Positions 57,453 through 64,000 of a stretch of DNA of 64,000 bases are shown here, in pieces (the first letter of the stretch is position 1; every line of letters starts with the position of its first letter). The stretch spans positions 147,684,001-147,748,000 of the forward strand of contig OX597814.1 in NCBI GenBank assembly GCA_951406725.2, in the 5' to 3' direction. A program made the translations under genes and the position numbers. The notes beneath the pieces were generated by a model. The model saw only the letters and a list, made by a program, of their open reading frames with translations. It was not told the DNA's origin and made no database searches. This DNA comes from Octopus vulgaris. Its lineage: Eukaryota.

Positions 57453-59821
57453 ACTGATTGATATAGTCTTATGATACAAATTATCAACAATAAAAATATC
57501 ATTGTAGAGCGTAGCATACAAACCTTCTGTATTTGTTCCGGTTATCTGCATTCCGACTTCAAATCCCAGCAAAGTCAACTTTCTTCTTTATACTTTTATC
57601 TAAATAACAAAAATTAGATTAGCAGAACTACTAGACTGTATCGGTTCCGACTCTTTGGGTTGTGATGGCAACACATCCAATGTCAGGGGCGCATGCTAGA
57701 TCCGTGGCGCGGAGAGGAAAGATTTGCAGCTATGGCCAAACACCATACACGTGCGCGCGTGCATTTGTTTCCTGAGGTACTTTTAACAACTTATATAAAG
57801 GAAGGAGAAACAGGCGGTTCAAATCTCTAAGCAAACAACGATACTGCAACGTTTATGATATTAGTTAAACTCTGGCATGAAAGAAAACACAATGAAGAGT
57901 ATTTCACGATTCGGACATTGGATTGAAGCAAAACTTAGGAAAGAAGAGAAAGCATTCTCTGGACCGAAATGGCACTTGGATTTCATGTCGTGTGGACTGA
58001 AATCCAATAATGTAACATAATTTCCCACCAAGCCACCGCATTAACTATTCAACTTATATATCAATCGATAACGAAGCCAAAAATTGGGTTGCTCCCGTTC
58101 ATCAAGAAGGTGCGCGTGTGTGTATGTGTGTTTGTGGATAGGGGCTAATGATTTTGACATGTGTAAATGTGTGCGTCTGTAGTGTGTGGATGATGATGTG
58201 TGGGTGTGCAGATGATGGTGTGTGGTGTGGGTGCTGGTGAGTGTGGAGGGGTGTAGGTGTGTGAGGGAGTAGGGAATATATAATATGTAGCAAAAATTTA
58301 ACAAAAACACAAGCAGGATATTTGTAGCTAATTCCTCATCAGTCAATGTCCAAAAGATCATAAGGATTTCACGTCTTTAACGATGATATTGTTCACTTTT
58401 GTTGACGCCAGCGTCGACATACCACCGGAAGTGGTAGCTAACGAACTTGCAGGACACACAGTACAAAGTAAAATGATTACACATGTACAACGAAAAAGAG
58501 CCATGTTGCTGCAAGTCGGATAAATATGGAGTAACGCAAAGGAAAATGTGCTGTAGGACTGGAAATGAGAAAGGAACAGATAGAGAGTAAGAACGAAAGG
58601 TGGCGTAAACAAACTGTGTAAATATAGTGGAGGAGCAAAGAGAAGCGTGACTGACCGAGTCAAAGACGAAATAGGAAATGGACGAGAGACACTTGTATTA
58701 TTTATTCAGTTATAGATTGTTCTCTTATATATAAAACACACATTTTAAACGGTATGTATATGGATATAATTTAATGTAATATAGATTTAAAAGGGTGTTA
58801 TTTGAAGAAAACGGAATAAATTTATAGATTTTGTTTTTCACATTGGATCATAAAATGTTTCTGTAAAACCATTGCACGCATGCATGTATAATCAGAAACA
58901 TCGTCATCCGCAAAAATGAAAGGAGATTTGAATTTATTCAGTTTATGTATACACTCACGATGGTGAATTCACATAGTTTAAAAGTGAGCTCTAAAAATTC
59001 AGATTAAAAGAAATTTATATAGATTTGGTGATACAGAACGACTCTATGGATTGTTTTGGTTATACTTGGGCTCCCTTCAATGGGTGTAGGTCATCTACAA
59101 CACATTTTGTATCCTTGTATGAAAATATATATTTCATTATATTATAATGTGTCTAGAATTTGCTTTAATTCAGCTAAGTTTACAATATATCCACTGAACC
59201 ACAATCATTCAGAGTGTTGGTTAAATCTTTCCTCGAAGATAGGTTCCGAATATATTGTACTAAATCATAAAATTATATGTATTTGAGCATAGAATAGGTT
59301 TTTTTCTGTATTTCATTAATACTGTTACGTGATTCGTATTTCATACACTTGTCTCTCCAGTGGCTTGATGCTTCTTTTTTAACCGTAATATATATAAGAT
59401 CGGAGTATAGGACGTACCACTGAGCAAGAACAGTTTGTTGCGCGTTACACTACATATGTATTCTGACCGGTTGCTCACCAACCTATCAAGGAATCCTAAT
59501 AATAAACATTTACTGCATCTGCATGGAGAAGCTGTACCGGTGTCTAACAACCGACCATATTTTAAACTGGATTCTACAGGAAGCTAGTATTTTCTTACAC
59601 AGGATCAGGTGGAGGGTATTCCACCACGGAAGGAAGAAGTCAAGCCATTCCGGTGATTAAAAAATTCTAGTAATGTGTGAACTAGACATCAACAGGAACC
59701 CACCCCACAACCAGCTACGATAGTATTTCGACTCCTACAGAATAATAGGAAATTTGAACAAAATGTGAAAGAGTCAGACCAAATATCTACCTATAAATAC
59801 ACACACTTATGCACGCGTGCC

Positions 59822-59990
59822 TGTGTGTGTTTACATCCCCGGAACTTAGCGGTTCAGCAAAAAAAGAAAAAAGGATAGAATAAGTACTAAGCTTACAAAG
59901 AATAAGTTCTGGGGGCGATTTTTTCGACTTAAAATCCCTTTGAGGTGGTACTCCAGCATGGCTGCAGTCAAATAAGTAAAGTAAAAGAAT
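59822..59990 (+). mobile_element. SINE family A 3' half
   Basis: gtgtttacatcccc...cttagcggttcagcaaaa...ctccagcatggctgcagtc. Confidence 0.8.
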
Positions 59991-60010
59991 ACACACACAC
60001 ACACACACGA

Positions 60011-60470
60011 ACTAGAAAGTTACCCTCCGAGGCACAAGTCTGGGCAAGGTTGTTTTATGGAAGACCAGAAGTTGCCCATGCATACCAGCATTCCCCTCTC
60101 CACGCCACCGATGTTATCCAAGGGAAAGGCAAAGGCGGATACAGCTTGGCACCAGTGACGTCGCAGCTAATTTATTAACGTACAAGTGGCTGAGCACTCC
60201 ACAGCCACGTGTACCATTAACGTAGTTCTCGGGGAGATTCAGCGTGACACAGAGTGTGACAAGGCTGGCCCTTTGAAATACATGTACAACAGAAACAGGA
60301 AGAAAGAGTGAGAGAAAGTTGTGGTGAAAGAGTACAGCAGGGTTCACCACCACCCTCTGCCGGAGCCTCGCAGAGCTTTAGGTGTTTTTGTTCAATAAAC
60401 CTTCACAATGCTCGGTCCGGGAATCGAAACCGCGATCCTACGACCGCGAGTCCGCTACCCTAACCACTAG

Positions 60471-60475
<5 letters not shown>
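60011..60475 (-). mobile_element. SINE sharing the family C head but with a different 3' region
   Basis: Minus tggcctagtggttagggtagcggactcgcggtcgtaggatcgcggtttcgattccc is colinear with ~46253-46432, then unrelated. Confidence 0.85.
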
Positions 60476-60511
<36 letters not shown>

Positions 60512-60570
60512 GTGTATATGTATATGTGTATATGTATGTGTATATATGTATATATATATATATATATATT

Positions 60571-60923
60571 TATTTACTCTTTTATTTGTTTCAGTCATAT
60601 GACTGCGGCCATGCTGGAACACCGCCTTTAGTCGAGCAAATCGACCCCAGGACTTATTCTTTGTAAGCCTAGTACTATCGGTCTCTTTTTTCGAACCGCT
60701 AAGTTACGGGGACATAAACACACCACCATCAGTTGTCAAGCGGTGTTGGGGGAAACACACACACACACACGACGGGCTTCTTTCAGTTTCCGTCTAACAT
60801 ATCCACTCACAAAGCTTTGGTCGGCTCGAGGCTATAATAGAAGACACTTGCCCAAGGTGCCACGCAGTGGGAATGAACCCGGAACCATGTGGTGGATAAA
60901 CAAGCTACTTACCACGCAGCCAC
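60571..60923 (-). mobile_element. SINE family A
   Basis: Reverse complement of the 13682 type. Confidence 0.9.
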
Positions 60924-62237
60924 CTTGTTTGTATTTGTTTCAGTTTATTTGTGTAAGCTTACGATAGGTACACAGACTCGATATAGTCTTCTTGTTTCCT
61001 TTGTTATAAGTCATTTTTTATTCAGTTTGCAAGAAGTCTCACGCCTCCCTCCTCTTCCAACATACTACTTACTTCCTTCTCCTCACCACATGATTCCTTT
61101 CTTTCCTCTTCCTTCCCACCTTCGCTTTCGAATTTCCCAAGCCTCCCACCTCGCCGTGCTCTCTCAATATGCGTTTAATGTTAAAAGCTGAACTTTTAAA
61201 AACACACTACAAGATTGATGAAATAGTAAGAATCGGTGAGTGAGGTTTTGGGTTTGTCTGATAGTGTAAAAGATGTATGCATTAGTGGAGACTGGAGAAT
61301 GGTAGTAAGAATGGAATCGGCAAGGAAATAAGGAAGACGAAGCTCTAACAGAGAAAGGGAGTGTAAAAGGCAGAAAGTAGTGAGGGTAAAGAAAAGAGAG
61401 AGACAGATGTGGGGTGCGTGTTTGCCTGGTTAATGAAAAGTCAAAGTGACGGAAAAAGAAAGAACGATTTAAAGGGAAGTAGGAGGGTTACAAGAAGGAA
61501 AGACGACGAGGGGAGGAGAAAGAGAAGGATAGATTAAAACAGAAGCTGATGAAAAAAAAAAAAATAGAGAGGCCGGGTGAGAGAGGTGGAGTAACATTGT
61601 GAGAGAGAGAATGCACTGTCTCATACACACACACACACACACACACATAGGAGTGAGAGGGAGAGAATGAATACATATGGAGACACAAACAAAAAAAATT
61701 AAAGTAATGAATGAAAAAACAGCAACGATGAAAAAAAAAAACAATAATAAAATGAGTGAGCAATGAGACGAGATGGGCGAGAGAAGAGGAAGAGATGTAC
61801 AATAGAGAAAGGCAGAGAAAATGAAATACAGTAGTACTAAAAACCATACAAAAAAAGAAAGTGAAAATATATTTAAGCAGAAGCAAAAAATTAAGACGTA
61901 ATTACAAATTAAAGGCAGGAAATAAAAGATAAAAATTTGCGAGAAAGGGGAAAAGGATATCTATAAATACATGGCAAAAACACAGACAACCACTTCCATC
62001 AAGAAAGAAAGAGACAAGGAGAACTGTGTCGTTAAGTAGGGAGTAGAAAAACTCTGTTTGGTTCGGTTTCGAGACTGTTGTGCGTTGGGCAAGTGTCTTT
62101 CACATTACGTAGCCTCGAGTTAACCAATGCCCTAAGAGTGTGACATTCAGTAGACAAGACGGAAACTACGAAGGCATCATGTGTGTGTGTGTGTGTTTGT
62201 ACGTGCCCGAGCGCACATACCCTATACTATGTTACTA

Positions 62238-62426
62238 TTTTACTCTTTTACATGTTTCAGTTATTTCATTGTGGCCATGCTGGAGCAACGCCTTTTGTCG
62301 CGCAAATCGACCCCCAGGATTCTATCGGTCTTTTGCTGAACCATTAAGTTACGGGGACGTAAACACACCAGCATCGGTTGTCAAGCGATGTTGGGGGGAC
62401 AAACACAGACACACAAACATATACAC

Positions 62427-62472
<46 letters not shown>

Positions 62473-62473
62473 T

Positions 62474-62531
<58 letters not shown>

Positions 62532-62702
62532 CATATATACGACGGGCTTCTTTCAGTTTCCCTCTACCAAATCCACTCTCAAGACTTTGGTCGACCCAAA
62601 ACTATAGTAGAAGACACTTGCCCAAGGTACCACGCAGTGGGACTGAACCTGGAACCATGTGGTTGGTAAGCAAGCTACTTTCCACACAGCTACTCCTGCG
62701 CC
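62238..62702 (-). mobile_element. Full-length SINE family A with an expanded internal microsatellite
   Basis: Minus strand starts ggcgcaggagtagctgtgtggaaagtagcttgc. Confidence 0.9.
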
Positions 62703-62727
62703 TAAACACGCGACATAATTCTTGCTA

Positions 62728-62930
62728 CTAAAGGCACAAGGCCTGAATTTTTTTTTTTGAGGGGGGAGTAGATTGCATCGACCTCAGTCTTTCACTGGTA
62801 CTTAATATAACGCCCCCGAAAGGATAAAATGCAAAGTTGACTTCAGCGGAATTTGAACTCAGAACATAGACGCGGACAAAATGCTGCTGAACAGCCCCGC
62901 GTTGTACCGATTCTACTAGCTCACTGCCTT
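62728..62930 (-). mobile_element. SINE family B copy
   Basis: ccccgaaaggataaaatgcaaagttgac...aatttgaactcagaac on the plus strand. Confidence 0.8.
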
Positions 62931-63212
62931 CCCACACATAACATAATCAAGTATGTAAATAAAAGAAAGAGGAAGCAGCAGAATTAGTAGAGTGGTTGCA
63001 AACGGCTGCAAGTTACACTCTTTGCTCAAGTGTACTATGGCGTCGAGAAACATGAAATCAAATACCTCTCCAGGTGGCGATCTTCAGTTAGTCACGGCCT
63101 GAACCAATGGTGGCAGAAACCAATCTAAGTTGTGTGTGTTTGTGTGCATTATTGTATCATCTTGGGGAGGGGTGATTTTGCTAATAAAAGGTGCAGAAAC
63201 TAGTTCCATTTC

Positions 63213-63261
<49 letters not shown>

Positions 63262-63278
63262 GTCGTTATTCGTCAACA

Positions 63279-63677
63279 GGCGTAGCTGTGTAGTAAGAAG
63301 CTTGCTCCCCACCTACTTGATTCAGGGCTCAGTACCACAGCGTGGCACACACATTGGGCAGGTGTCTTCTACTATAGCCTCGGGCCGACCAAATCCTTGT
63401 GAGTGGATTTGGTCGAGAGAAACCGAAAGAAGCCCCGTCGTATGTGTGTGTGTGTGTGTGTATATACATATATAAAAAGTTAATCCAAACAAGAAAGCAC
63501 AAAAAACACAACAACACGAGGACGTGGAACAAATATAGTATTATTAGACGCTCGGGAAAGAAGGAAAGAAGGAGGGTTTAACGTTTCGAGCGGAGCTCTT
63601 CGTCGGAAACATAGGAGAAGGAAAGATCTAGAGAAGGGAAGACAGAGGAAGAAATATCGCCAACGGTACACACGTGG

Positions 63678-63741
<64 letters not shown>

Positions 63742-63922
63742 CTGTCCTTGTGTATGTCCCCCATTACCGCTTGACAAACGGTGTGGGTGTGTTTATGTCC
63801 CCACAACTTAGCGGTTCGGCAAAAGAGATCAATAGAATAAGTACCAGGTTTTAAAAAATGTCTTGGAGTCGATTTGTTTGACTGAAAGTTGGCATTGCCG
63901 CAATCACATGACTGAAACGAAA
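63279..63922 (+). mobile_element. SINE family A carrying a nested module
   Basis: 5' half to ~63441, 3' half from ~63740. Confidence 0.85.
63474..63679 (-). mobile_element. ~205-bp (TA)n-flanked module with a hammerhead-like motif (63576-63610)
   Basis: Minus strand GTTT-CCGACGA-A-GAGC tcc GCTC-GAAA-CG-TT|AAAC. Confidence 0.65.
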
Positions 63923-64000
63923 AAAAATAATAAAAGAATAACACGCATATGAACTCTACTTTTGAATTCGAAGTGTCAATGTTAAATAGATCAATAACAA

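Noticed and set aside
58358-58663. 101-aa ORF with a signal-peptide-like stretch
   Set aside because: It lies within a pyrimidine-rich repeat-like element; the hydrophobicity reflects T-rich composition.
59323-59549. Possible solo LTR (TGTTA...TAACA with TATA-like and AATAAA signals)
   Set aside because: No TSD, PBS or second copy is visible.

Overview
AT-rich eukaryotic DNA, about 64 kb, dominated by microsatellites and transposable-element debris. The repeat repertoire (tRNA-derived SINEs with Deu/Nin-like, CORE-like and V-like domains, and very dense (TA)n/(TG)n/(TATC)n/(TAA)n tracts) suggests a coleoid cephalopod, probably Octopus. That assignment is an inference, not a database result. 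I found no intact host protein-coding gene; most ORF-track entries are translated simple repeats. Recognisable coding remnants are all from mobile elements: a near full-length decayed Tc1 with DD36E spacing, three internally deleted Tc1/mariner elements, several R4/Dong-like RLE non-LTR fragments, two Penelope-like (PLE) fragments and a short Gypsy RNase H piece. The most interesting signal is non-coding. (1) About ten minimal type-I hammerhead-ribozyme-like motifs sit mostly in short microsatellite-flanked modules, often arranged as palindromes or inverted duplications, consistent with a PLE-driven, retrozyme-like system. Most motifs carry core substitutions, so activity is unproven. (2) Head-less 184-bp SINE-body tandem arrays share one junction at four independent loci. 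(3) A ~547-bp (TAA)n-associated non-autonomous element occurs next to Dong-like remnants. All alignments and folds were done by eye; coordinates of degenerate elements are approximate.
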